From: Octopus vulgaris
Lineage: Eukaryota
NCBI GenBank assembly: GCA_951406725.2
Contig: OX597814.1
Span: forward strand, 171,120,001-171,184,000
Length of the DNA: 64,000 nucleotides
Direction: 5' to 3'
Shown piece by piece: positions 1 to 12,564 of the stretch. Position 1 is the first letter of the stretch, and each line of letters starts with the position of its first letter. The notes beneath the pieces are model-generated. The model saw only the letters and a list, made by a program, of their open reading frames with translations, had not been told where the DNA came from and did not search any database. The translations under genes were made by a program, and so were the position numbers.

Positions 1-44
<44 letters not shown>

Positions 45-179
45 CATACATATATATATATATATAAACATACATATATATATATACATACATATATATA
101 AACATACATATATATAAACATACATATATATACATACATATATCTAAACATACATACATATATATATATACACATATAC

Positions 180-325
180 AATGATAAAAAATTTCAAGTA
201 CTGCACTACAAGGCCACAAGTGCCCCCCCTCCCCCTCCAACTGGCATACACAGGACCTGGAGGTACTGCAATCCCAGAACCACAAACAGTGAGAGACCTG
301 GGCATCAGCATGTGTAGTGATGCAT
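180..325 (+). mobile_element. CR1/L2-group LINE reverse-transcriptase C-terminal fragment
   Basis: Frameshifted reading gives KFQVLHY...YTGPGGTAIPEPQTVRDLGISMCSDAS, resembling the KF..LHY...VRDLG(I/V)..S.D motif after the CR1-type RT core. It is embedded in TA/CA repeats. Confidence 0.6.
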
Positions 326-677
326 CATATATACATACACAATATAAATATATAATATCTGTGTGGATGTGTAAATCTACATATTTGCTTATAATACTAA
401 CCCAAAAATAGCATAACTACAATGCTTTATAGTTAAATTTTGTAAAGAAATCACCCCCAGCTCACATTCTCTAAGACAAGTAGAACAAATTTGTTTTTTG
501 CAAAATAAATGAGGGTTAATAAGAGAAAGTGCAACCATTGTACACCAATGACTGAATCATCCAAATCTTGAAACGCAGAAAAATAAATGTAAAAATGATC
601 AAACCAAAACACACACACTCACACACATTGAGGTTTAAACTATTAATACACACACACACATTTTTCTTTTCTTAAAC

Positions 678-1270
678 AGTTTTATTTGTTTCAGTCGTGA
701 CCGTGGCCATGCTTGACCACCGCCTTTAGTCGAACAAATCAACTTATTCTATGTAAGCCTAGTACTTATCCTATCGATGCCTTTTCCGAAACTGCTAAGT
801 TACGGGGATGTAAACAAACCAACATCGGTTATCAAGCGATGGCGGCGAGCTGGCAAAATCGTTAGCACGCCGGGCGAAATGCTTAGCGGTATTTTGTCTG
901 CAGCCACGTTGTGAGTTCAAATTCCGCCGAGGTCGACTTTGCCTTTCATCCTTTTGGGGTCGATAAATTAAGTACCAGATGAGTACTGGGGTCGATATAA
1001 TCGACTAAATCCGACTGTCTGTCCTTGTTTGTCCCCTCTGTGTTTAGCTCCTTGTGGGTAGTAAAGAAATAGGTTATCAAGCGATGGAGAGGGGGACAAA
1101 CTCACCCACAAATATATATGATGGGCTTCTTTCAGTTTCCTTCCAACAAATCCACTCAAGGCTTTGGTCAGCCCGAGGCTATAGTAGAAGACACCTGCCC
1201 AATGTGATACGCAGTGGGACTGAACCCAGAACCATGTGGTTGGGAAGTAAGTTTCTTCCCACACAGCCAC
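678..1270 (-). mobile_element. SINE family A copy (tRNA-derived head, CORE-like segment) interrupted by a family B SINE
   Basis: Reverse complement of the family A consensus seen at 50385-50840, split at 840/1072. Confidence 0.85.
841..1071 (+). mobile_element. SINE family B, full length, nested in a family A copy
   Basis: GGCGGCGAGCTGGCA...GAGTTCAAATTCC (A/B-box-like)...AAAGAAATA, flanked by the direct repeat GGTTATCAAGCGAT at 827-840 and 1072-1085. Confidence 0.9.
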
Positions 1271-2142
1271 CCTTGCAGCTATGTATATGTATGATATTTA
1301 TGACTGTTTACATATACAAACCAGATTGTGTGCATGTGCATGTGTGTGTGTATGCACTCACGTTCCAACTATGTGTTTGTGTAAATATATATATATATTC
1401 ATATGCATTTAGACATATACCTATCTAATGATTAGGTTGTATTTACTATCTTCCTATACATATACGTTTATATCATTTACATAGTGAACATGTTATAATA
1501 TTTACCTTATAAAATGTGTACATACACATGATATATTCACAATGCATGTGCTCATATGATGTATTGGCAGCATATATTGTGTTCTGTGAGATATATCGCA
1601 GTATATATTGAGTTCTGTACATATATTTGAAGAGTACCATGTACATTTAACATATACAAGTAGTCTACAATATACTGTGTCAATATGTATTATATTTGCA
1701 GTACACTTAATTGCACATACATTTATATGCACGTACATATATAAAACCACACACATATATACATAATGGTGTGTTGATGCTTATGTGTAGGCATGCTTTT
1801 ATACCAGTAAGTATATTGGCCTGTATGAATGCATGTGTGCACATGAGTATGTACTGCTGTTCCGATTATACACGTCTCATATAAACTGCTTTCCCACTAA
1901 CCGAACAAAGGTGCTATCTCTTTACCGCAGCCAAAGTAGCTTTTTTTTTTCCTTCCTTTTATCCAGCTTCCAGACTATTCCTTTCAAAATATGCCACGTT
2001 TCACTCTTTGATTTACAATACATAGACCTCATTTTTCTATTACCAGGAATAGATTTTCAGCCCCATGACATGCCTAATTTAGCAAAGCTATGGTGACTAA
2101 AGGCATTGCAGCCATGACCATTCCGAATATATTTCTACTCTA

Positions 2143-2400
2143 TATGACTGGCTTCCGTGCCGGTGGCACGTAAATTGCACCAATCCGACCGTGGCCAGCC
2201 TCGCCTGGCACCTGTGCAGGTGGCACGTAAAAAGCACCCACTACACTCACAGAGTGGTTGGCGTTAGGAAGGGCATCCAGCTGTAGAAACATTGCCAGAT
2301 AAGACTGGAGCCTGGTGCAGCCTTCTGGCTTCCCAGATCCCCGGTCGAACTGTCCAATGCATGCTAGCATGGAGAACGGACGTTAAACGATGATGATGAT
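2143..2400 (+). mobile_element. SINE-like repeat family F (3' part) ending in (GAT)n
   Basis: Duplicated GGTGGCACGTAAA motif, GTTGGCGTTAGGAAGGGCATCCAGCTGTAGAAAC block and tail GGACGTTAAACGATGATGATGAT. A diverged copy lies at about 2600-2750 and an inverted tail fragment at about 63721-63770. Confidence 0.7.
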
Positions 2401-3970
2401 CTGATAGAGTGCTTCATTCTCCAAGACAGTGGACTATGTTTTGATTGAATAGTTGGTTGTAGTTTCTAGGACATGTATAACACTGACTTTAAAGAACCTT
2501 TGGGTTCAATGCCTTTCTGGTTTACTGACTTTTTCCCTAATCAACCAAGTATTAAATTTACTCCAATAATTAAATGAAATACAAGTATGCATTAGTATAA
2601 TGTTGGGAAGGAGATCCAGTTCATCCAACTGTAGAAACCTTTACAAAGGAGACGCTGAAGCTCAATGCAATCCTTGGGTCCATCAGCTCCTGTCCAACCA
2701 TCCAACCCATGTCAGCAGGGAACATGGACGTCAAAATAACGATGATGATACAAGTTTTTAATACTGTACTGTGTAAGGTACTGCAAAACAGGGTCACCCA
2801 GTAAACTAGCCTGGTGGTTGTGTGGATTTTCAAAGTTCCTTCTTGTATATTATACAAGATGGTTTATAGAGGCTCCAGACCAACAATGTCCAGAAAGTTG
2901 GTGCTGCACCTGCATATTGAGTGAGCTTATACAGAAAACGTACATCAAGAGCATGAGTTTCACTGAACCTTCTTTTAATTGGACAGTGGATAGACAAAAC
3001 AGCAAGACATGTCATTTTTGATAAACAAAATAAAAGTTGTTAAGCTGTGTGCTATCACTATTAAGATTTGTGTGTTTGAATGTATTTATATATTAATAAT
3101 ATATTTGTGCATAAGCTTGGGTGTGTGTGTACATGAATATATACCCACAATACATTTTAACTATATACAAATATATATATATATATATATATACACACAA
3201 AGACAACGTAAATATATGGATATTTCTCTATATATATACACATAAATATATATACTTAGAATGTGTATATACTCACATAATTTTTGTGTGTGTGTGTGTG
3301 TATATGTGTAAATATGTAGATAATTCACCCACATAATTACATTCACACATATCCATGCATATGTATACACATCAATACACACACACACACACATATATAT
3401 ATATATTGTACACAATTTCTCATTCTATCAATCTATCTTTTTATGTGTGTGTATACATACGTGTAAGTACAAATAAATACACATACACGAAGGTCTCTCA
3501 ACAATATGGTCTCGATATCATTTCGTGGTACATGTGATGTATACATTGGTACCTAAAACAATTAGCAAAACCAGCACATTCTCGCTAAGTGTTTCAGGTG
3601 CCTATTCAGAAATATGCACCTTCTTGGCACTCCTATCCACGACCTAATAATGCAACATGTGACTGTTAGGTGTAGAGAGGGTTTACAGCAAGTTGGCTGG
3701 TATTTTCAGTAGCCGATAAAAGTGCCATGCTCAAGTAGAAAAACACGTACCACCTGTAAAAGGAAGTGAACACATGGCCATATGATCGGGAGCCCAATAT
3801 GTGTGTGTATAAGTTTATACACAGACAGGGTGAGAGAGGTCGATATTTTGATACATACGTATATGTAACAATATACATATAGTTTTGACTTTAAGAGTCC
3901 CTCATTGCGTGTGGCATTTATGTATAGTAATGCCCTCTATATAATATAATATAATATAATATATATATAC

Positions 3971-4004
<34 letters not shown>

Positions 4005-4272
4005 GTATATATATAGATATGTGGGGGTGTATTTATGTGTATTTAAACGGACGTTAAATGAAGCTATTGTATGAAAACAAATATTTTTTATATGTTGAAT
4101 GTGTACACAGTGAGTGTGTGTGTGTGTGTGTATGTATAGATGGACCGACGGACGGACGGATAGACAGATATAAGAATAGATAAATATACATATATTTACA
4201 TACATATGTAAATACATCAATAATATATACACAGAAAGATGCGCCTATACCCAGCGTAATATAAAAGACTTA

Positions 4273-4442
4273 TAGGGTGCAGCGAAAAACACATCCCAGA
4301 TTTCACGACCATTCCAACAACAAATATACGGTGAACTCCCGACCAAACCATGACGGTAACTGAGTAAAAAAAAAAAAAACAATGAACGCACCGCGAGCAC
4401 CTGCCTAACCTTAAGAGTGGGAGGTTTTTCGGCCGCAACCTG
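4273..4442. mobile_element. Tc1/mariner-type MITE
   Basis: Imperfect TIRs TAGGGTGCAGCGAAAAACACATCCCA / TGGGAGGTTTTTCGGCCGCAACCTG, with TA on both sides. Confidence 0.7.
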
Positions 4443-4458
4443 TATTATATATAAATAT

Positions 4459-4611
4459 TGGCTGTGTGGTAAGTAGCTTGCTAACCAACCACATGGTTCC
4501 GGGTTCAGTCCCACTGCGTGACATCTTGGGCAAGTGTCTTCTGCTATAGCCCCGGGCCGACCAATGCCTTGTGAGTGGATTTGGTAGACGGAAACTGAAA
4601 TAAGCCTGTCG

Positions 4612-4656
<45 letters not shown>

Positions 4657-4881
4657 TTGTGTGTGTGTGTTTGTGTGTGTCTGTGTTTGTCCCCCTAGCA
4701 TTGCTTGACAACCGATGCTGGTGTGTTTACGTCCCCCGTCACTTAGCGGTTCGGCAAAAGAGTCCGATAGAATAAGTACTGGGCTTACAAAAGAATAAGT
4801 CCCGGGGTCGAGTTGCTCGATTAAAGGCGGTGCTCCAGCATGGCCGCAGTCAAATGACTGAAACAAGTAAAAGAGTAAAAG

Positions 4882-4882
<1 letters not shown>
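4459..4882 (+). mobile_element. SINE family A, near full length, with internal (TA)n(TG)n
   Basis: TGGCTGTGTGGTAAG...GGTTCAGTCCC boxes, TTGGGCAAGTGTCTT CORE-like block and tail GAAACAAGTAAAAGAGTAAAAG. Confidence 0.9.
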
Positions 4883-4920
<38 letters not shown>

Positions 4921-5034
4921 ATGTATATATGAAGCAAGTATATGGTAATTGCTAATGTTTTTGTATATATACATCTTATATATTTATAAATATATAAATA
5001 AACACATATACAAACTCAAATTTTGAAATACATA

Positions 5035-5270
5035 TACGAAGTGTGCGGCACAAAAATCTACCTTATCCTATACGTCTGAATATAATGAAGTTAGGCAGGT
5101 GCTAATGGTGTCCTCATGTAGGTAATGTTTTACCGTTATTTTATTGTCCTTTTTTTTTTTCCGTTCATCTTTCCAGTAACCATCACGGTTCGGTCCGGTG
5201 CATGCCGTGTATTTGTTATCGGAATATTTACCAAGAATGGCTAATCAGATATTTTTAACCGATCCCTGTC
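5035..5270. mobile_element. Diverged inverted relative of the 4273-4442 MITE
   Basis: GTTAGGCAGGTGCT and CAGTAACCATCACGGTTCGGTCCGG...GTATTTGTT are reverse-complement matches to internal blocks of 4273-4442. Confidence 0.55.
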
Positions 5271-5314
5271 CATATTCTTATATGCAAACAAACCAACAGA
5301 TAAATATAGCATAT

Positions 5315-5346
<32 letters not shown>

Positions 5347-5515
5347 TACAGAGGGAGGGAGAGAGAGAGAGAGAGAGACATACATTAAATATGTATGAAT
5401 AAAATATACAAACACATAGGTAAATAAATATATATAACAGACAGACAAACAAATAGATAGACTTACACATTACAGAACATATAATACTTGTATAAATATA
5501 ACTTAACACACAAAT

Positions 5516-5556
<41 letters not shown>

Positions 5557-5557
5557 T

Positions 5558-5747
5558 TCAATATGTGACCTCGTGAGTACCGCTGGCGATTTTTTTCCCT
5601 CTGTCTTCCCTTCTCGGGATCTTTCCTTCTCCTATGTTTCCGACGAAGAGCTCCGCTCGAAACGTTTTCCTGAGCGTCCAATAATACTTTATTTGTTCCA
5701 CGTCCTCGCGTTGTTGTGTTTTTTTTTGTGTTTTCTTGCTTGGATTA

Positions 5748-5752
<5 letters not shown>
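5558..5752 (+). mobile_element. Short repeat family G (Penelope-like terminal remnant) with a hammerhead-like motif, embedded in (TA)n
   Basis: About 190 bp, shared in inverted orientation with 13936-14142. Contains GTTT-CCGACGA-A-GAGC-TCC-GCTC-GAAAC-GTT at 5636-5666. Confidence 0.65.
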
Positions 5753-5803
<51 letters not shown>

Positions 5804-6046
5804 CACAACACACACACACACAATTTGTATTTATAATTATATACATTAATACAAAATCTGGACACATAAAGATAGATAATATTTATACAAAATACTACTA
5901 GTGCATATAGTGCATATATATATATATATAAATACGCACATGTATATAGCATATATTAATGTGTGTACACATAAATCCGCATACATATTCATAATGTATA
6001 TATATATACAAATCTAACGCAAACACAATTACACAATGCTTATGAC

Positions 6047-6081
<35 letters not shown>

Positions 6082-6738
6082 TTACACATACACATTACCT
6101 GTACTTAAGATATAAATGTGCATATTCACAAGAGCCAATATGAAAACACATGCACCTGTATATGTGGGTTTGAATCTATATGTATATACATCTGTAAGTG
6201 TTACATCTACCTATCTACATACATACATACATACATATGTGTGTGTAGATTGGTATTATATATTCTTTTCTACTCTAGGCACATGGCCCGACAATTTTGT
6301 GGAAGGGGGCAGTCGATACGACCGACCTCAGTACGCAACTGGTAGTTAATTTATCGACCCCGAAAGGATGATAGGCAAAGTCGACCTCGGTGGAATCTGA
6401 ACCCAGAACGTAAAGGACAGACGATTTGGTATAATATATTAATACTATATAGTCACCGAATTCTAACTGTATATGTACCAAATTATACATATAAAAATTT
6501 ACATATTAACGTGGTGTGCACACGCGTGGATATATGTGAACTAAAGCAGTATAGAAACATGCGAAATTAACTTTTTGAATACACGATTATGTCCGTGTAT
6601 TTTGCCAAGACTCACAGAAAAGTTCGTGTAAACACACTGGACAGAATGGAACTATCCAGTATGACCAATATTTCTCGAGTTGGTGCCTAAAATTAAGGTA
6701 TACTGAACAACGGGCTTCCATGAAAACAAAATTTATAT

Positions 6739-6769
<31 letters not shown>

Positions 6770-6929
6770 TTATATGTACTTGTGCGCACACACAAAAGAA
6801 ATAATGAACTAGATAAAATGAAATCTTGATATTGGGACACCTACCCCACATAGCATCATGCTACACAGTAAATAGATAAATAAATAAATATATATGTATT
6901 TAAGTATGTATGCATATATATATATATAT

Positions 6930-6968
<39 letters not shown>

Positions 6969-8068
6969 CATATATACACATACTGATCACTTACCCAGCG
7001 TACCTAGTCGTTTAGATCACCTGTGAACTGAACCTGCATATTTTGTATACTGATACACACGAGTATATTACAAATAGGTGCACTATGATTACTTTTTTTT
7101 TTTAGGTATAGACTGCATGTATGCATACATATACACACACATATATACATATTCATATACATATATACACATGAGCATATACATTCATGCGAATATACAT
7201 ACATGTATATATAACATATACACACACACACATAAATATATATATACTACGCACACATGTATACATGAATACATGTGCATATACTAAATCTTCAAACGTG
7301 TGTGTATATACGGATTTGTGTAAATAAAAACACCTTACACCTGTATAAATATCTCCACAAATATACATTTTTTGTTTTTTTAAGTGTACGGATTAATTAA
7401 ACCACCGTGATTTCATATTTTGAGTGGTATTTAAAGTGTCTTTTTTCAGTTTTTTAAGACTGAACTGCATGAACTAAGAAAAGTTTGGCTGCCATTTCTA
7501 GCAGGTTGTTTTATTTTTACTCGATATCGTGGCCATGTGTGTGTGTGTGGGTGTTGTGCGTGTGTGTGTGTTTTCCTGTCAGTTCCGCTTTTTAACAGCT
7601 CTCATTATGAATGAATGCCCTTAATCTCTGATTTTATTAATTGCAGGTAAGTTATGCCTTTAGAAAAAAAAGCATATATATGTCGTCCAAAATCACGAAT
7701 ACAAGAGATGGAAACGTCGATCTTTTTGTTATTCATTGTAATCAAACAATGACATTAAGTCTTCTTTTTCTTTTTTCATTTCATTCAATAATCAAGAGCA
7801 GAGGCGGTAGAGCGTAGAGAATTTTAAGTGCGTCCATCAACTCTTTTCAAGTTCAATTCCCGCTATTTTAGACTCGTTTTTTTTTTTTTCTTTCATGGCT
7901 TCCCGGTTCTTACATAGAACCAACAAACAAACACATCGTCATGAATACGAAATCACACATAAGCATACACAAAGAGGGACCTTCAAATTAAACTACTCTT
8001 TTTCAGAAAAGGGACACATTAAACATAGAGTCTTGGGCTTCATGTGAATAGGTAAAGGACGGAATAAA

Positions 8069-8485
8069 GGCGGCGAGCTGGCAGAGTCGTTAGCATGCCG
8101 GGCGAAATGCTTAGCGGTATTTCGTCTGCCGTTACGTTCTGAGTTCAAATTCCGCTGAGGTCGACTTTGCCGTTCATCCTTTCGGGGGTCGATAAATTAA
8201 GTACCAGTTACGCACTGGAGTCGATCTAATCGACTTAATACCTATGTCTGTCCTTGTTTGTCCCCTCTGTGTTTAGCCCCTTGTGGGTAATAAAGAAATA
8301 GGTATTTCGTCTGCCGTTACGTTCTGAGCTCAAATTCCGCCGAGGTCGACTTTGCCGTTCATCCTTTCGGGGTCGATAAATTAAGTACCAGTTACGCACT
8401 GTGGTCGATCTAATCGACTTAATACCTATGTCTGTCCTTGTTTGTACCCTCTGTGTTTAGCCCCTTGTGCGTAATAAAGAAATAG
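8069..8485 (+). mobile_element. SINE family B with tandemly duplicated body (head plus 2 bodies)
   Basis: The body GGTATTTCGTCTGCC...AAAGAAATA restarts at about 8301. The flanks share GGTAAAGGAC(G/A)GAAT. Confidence 0.88.
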
Positions 8486-8819
8486 GTAAAGGACAGAATG
8501 GTCACAGAATTCAGTGAATCATGGGTTTGCTCGGTTTTAGCTGACGTGGGGGAAAAAGCAACAAGGTAGTAGTCAGTGAGTGATCATTTGACTTGCTAAA
8601 GATAGATAGATAGATTTCTCTCAAATTACACCAGTCATGTATAAAACGACAGGACACATTGGGTAAATGAAGTCCTCCTACCTCTAAATAGTCGAGACGG
8701 CCGTGGGTGAAATACCTTTCGTCAGTACCGATATGGGGGCTGAAGCAAGAATCATGTACAAACATATTGAACAAGAGCGAAAGCAGGGGAACCAGCTAAC
8801 GTGAATCACAGCCTGTCAT

Positions 8820-9215
8820 TTTGTGGGGAGTAGTAGAATATATTGATCCCAGAGCTCAGCTGGTACTTATTTTATCGACTTTGAAAGGATAAATAGCAAA
8901 GTCGACGTCTGTGAAATTTGAACTCAGTAAGAAGCAGTGCTAAGCATTTTTTCGGCCAATAGTCTTTTTTACTATAGACACAAAGCCTGCTAATAATAAT
9001 CTCCTCTGCTATAGGCACAAGGCCTGGAATTTAGGGGAGGGACTTAGTCGATTACATCGACACCCCAATGCTCGACGGGTACTTAATTTATTGACCTCGA
9101 AAGGATTAAAAGCCAAGTCGATCTCGGTAGAATGTGAATTTAGAACGTAAAGACGGACAAAATGCTGCTCAGCATTTTCTCCCGCGTGTTAACGATTCTG
9201 CCAGGTCGCCGCCAT
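8820..9215 (-). mobile_element. Cluster of older family B-related SINE copies
   Basis: Repeated CTGGTACTTA..TTATCGAC...GAAAGGAT.AAA..CAAAGTCGAC blocks. Similar clusters occur at about 6270-6420, 10395-10725, 26620-27162, 28360-28735, 29570-29790, 30915-31225 and 45260-45520. Confidence 0.75.
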
Positions 9216-9434
9216 TCTGCTAATAATAATAATAATAGTAATGATAATAATAGTAGCAGTAGTAGTAGATAAACGTAATCCTATACAGGAACATACATCT
9301 GAAAGAATACGACAATATGGTCACGTCTGGAATGCCTTTGATCATATTAAGTCTGTTCGATCATGGCCGATGTGGTGACCAAATTACATAACAGTAGTGT
9401 CGAGACCCAATAATGGCGTCAATTCAAAAGATCA

Positions 9435-9465
<31 letters not shown>

Positions 9466-11524
9466 TAAGTGTGCAATCTTGCTCATCTTCAAATTTGAGC
9501 GTATGTATGAGCGTGTATGTGTAGAGGGTGTTCATGTATAAAATGATAGTTCTTCAATCTATCATTTCGTATTGTCGTACTCCGTGGAATCTTCATTATT
9601 TTCAGACATCTTGTTTCCACCCCACCACCAAAGACTGACTGAGCAGTAGTGACTGAGTAAGGTGTAAGTTTTTGGAGTTTTGTTAAATTTTTTCGTTTAT
9701 TTCTTCAGTGAACAAGAAACATGACATTTAACACATTATCACTGCTACTACTTCTTTTAGACTTCATGGATATATACAAATGTTCAGTCATCAAACGGCG
9801 AACGGAACAGGAGAAAGAGTTGGCTGCACATAATAGAGACAACATCAATGGATCTCAACTGGGTTCCATAAAGGTTTTTGCTGTTAAATTTATATGCAAT
9901 AAATTTATTATACTTCAACAATACACACGATATATTATAATATTGTTACAAAATTTCTCATAATATATAATCAAAAATTTTAATAGGGTTTTCTAAACAT
10001 CGAATAGCTGTGATAGTTCATCCGGGTAAGTAAGGAATCGAAAGAGTCCATAGGCAAAATATGGTTAAGAAACCACAAGGCTAAATAGTTACTGTTGTTA
10101 TTTGTTACCTAGTCACCCTGATTAAAAGTTAGATTAAGGAAGGACCTTTTAGTTGTGTACTTTGTGACAAATCCTATTGATCAATATTGGCCTTCCGGTC
10201 AATAGCTGGCCATCGCAAGAAGACCTTCCTTACCCTTCACTCAACATGGAGATTCACAGAGTAGCTTTTTCACATCTACTTCTAGGCCCATGCTGAATCT
10301 GCTAAAAAGAGCAGTAAAGTTCACATCGACCTACCCTCTTAAACCGAGATGGGCACACGACAAAACTAAATGGTGTTCAAGAAATAATAATAGTTTCAAA
10401 TTTTGGCACAGGGCCAGCAATTTCGGGAGAGACGAGCAGTCGATTACATCAACCTCAGTGTTCAACTGGTACTTATTTTATTTACTCCGAAAGGATGAAT
10501 GGCTAAGTCGACCTCGGCAGAATTTGAAGTCAGAATGTAAAAGACAGACGAAATGCCGCTAAGCATTTTGCCCGGCGCGCTAAAGATTCTGCCAGCTCGA
10601 AGTCGATTACATTGACTCCCCCAATGCTTGACTGGTATTTACTGTATCGACTCCGAAAGGATGAAAGGAAAAGTCGGCCTCGGCGGAATTTGAACTTGGA
10701 ACGTAAAGACAGATGAAACGCCGCTAATGATAAACGTTCATAGTCGACCTAACGATCTAAAACATCAACAGCATCCAGTATAGTCATTTCATTTCGGAAA
10801 TTCCCATGACTCATACATAAATTTCATCATACACTCTCAATCACCAACCGAATCAACATTTCAAGCTTTGAGTTTAAGAACTAAAGACATTCATCAATAT
10901 TATTTTGGTTCTAAACAAAACACTTCTTCAGTATGTCAATGAATGAATTTCTCTTGCTTTAAGCTAGGTGTTTGTTCACATATTAACAATGAATAAACGA
11001 AGCAGTGGGTTGTTGTTTTTCTTTTTCCAAATGCTACCAGTATATATATGGTTGCTCAACTCGTACTAACCAACTAAAAAAGGATCCATTCGTGAATGCA
11101 CGACCTGCTAGAAATAACAACCAAATCTCGCTCAAGAACTAAAAATTACTGGACTCGTACTAACCAAATAAGGAGCTCCTTTCGTGATCGCTCGATCCGC
11201 TAGAAACAACAACCAAATCTCTCAAGTTTATGCCTCGTTATCTCAACGCAACACAATACCACACACACACACACATTTTAGTCATAGAAAAAAAAACTGG
11301 TCATGGCTGGGGTATCTTTAATCATATGGTATCAATCACAACAAGTAATATAAGTTAATATTATCACCTGCGTCAAATTCTGTAATTACTATCAAACAGT
11401 AATTACGAAGCAACGATTAGAAGAGAGTTGAAAAAGAGAGAGAGAGAGGCAGGCATAGTAAACAACTAACTGATCAGGAAATTTCAGCCACTAAAACAAT
11501 GTATGAACTACTATATTTATTTTT

Positions 11525-11880
11525 TACCCATTACTTCTTTCAGTCATTGAACTGTGGCCGTGTTGGGGCACCGCTTTGATGGGTTTTAGTCTAACGAATC
11601 GACCCCAGTGTTGGTTTTTCTTAAAGCCTGGCACTTGTTCTATCGGTCTCTGCTGAACAGCTAATTTACGAGGACGTAAACAAACCGATAACACAAAGAC
11701 GCACAAACACATATATATATATACGACAGGCTTCCTTCGGTTTCCGTCAATGAAATCCACCTATAAAGCTTTGGTCGGCCAAGGGCTATAGTAGAAGACA
11801 CTTGCCCAAGGTGCCACGCACACAGAGGAAGTGAATGCGAAACGATTTGGTACAGAAACAAACTTCTTACACACAGTCAC
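11525..11880 (-). mobile_element. SINE family A, diverged
   Basis: Reverse-complement similarity, including GGCTATAGTAGAAGACACTTGCCCAAGGTGCCACGCA. Confidence 0.8.
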
Positions 11881-12269
11881 ATCTTATAATTTGACCACAA
11901 GGGTTCCAAGAGGTTAGGGGATAGTACCAGAACGAGCGAAATACTACGACAGAGAAAAGAGAACATGTGAGGGTTTTTACAACCAGATAAGGGCAACGCC
12001 AATGTCAATAGATATGAATAAACCAAAATAGGAATAACAAGAGTCATCAAAATGAGAGAGAAACCACGATGGGCCATTCGGAGGAAGTCATATAAAACCC
12101 TTTATTATCTTAACATACAACAGTCAAAAGGTAGGAGCCTCCTCTCAGGTGTTACCGCACAAGAGGAGGCCAGTTTGGGCCAAATTTCATCTATCTCTCA
12201 TGAACTTTACTGCAGAGTAGGCTCAATCTCCAGACCCACACTTTTCGCAAAAATAATATTGGGGACATG

Positions 12270-12465
12270 GAATCATGATAGATCGCTAGCCACTATACCT
12301 TTTCTATTGTCTCTCCCTGTTTATTTCTGTGTTCCTTTCTGTCGAAGAGCGTAGGCTCGAAACGTAAAAGACTTTCTTACTTCCCGAGCGTTAAACTAAT
12401 ACATCTGTTTGTTGTTTACACACCCGTCTTCGTCTTTTTTTTTTCTGTAAATTCTCACTATATAA
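12270..12465 (+). mobile_element. Penelope-like terminal remnant related to family G, with a hammerhead-like motif
   Basis: CTTT-CTGTCGA-A-GAGC-GTAG-GCTC-GAAAC-GTA-AAAG at about 12335-12370. The downstream CCCGAGCGTTAAACTAATAC parallels CCTGAGCGTCCAATAATAC in family G. Confidence 0.6.
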
Positions 12466-12564
12466 TATCTCAATTCTATACGACAAGAAACAGACCAAGA
12501 TCTTGGTTTTTCTAAATACAAAGTGATTATTAAAATTGAAAAAAGAAACATTAATAATAAACAA

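Noticed and set aside
2405-2430. Minus-strand 'RMK' as a possible PBX exon 2
   Set aside because: The context reads WRMKH rather than CHRMKPALF, and it lies within a family H repeat fragment.
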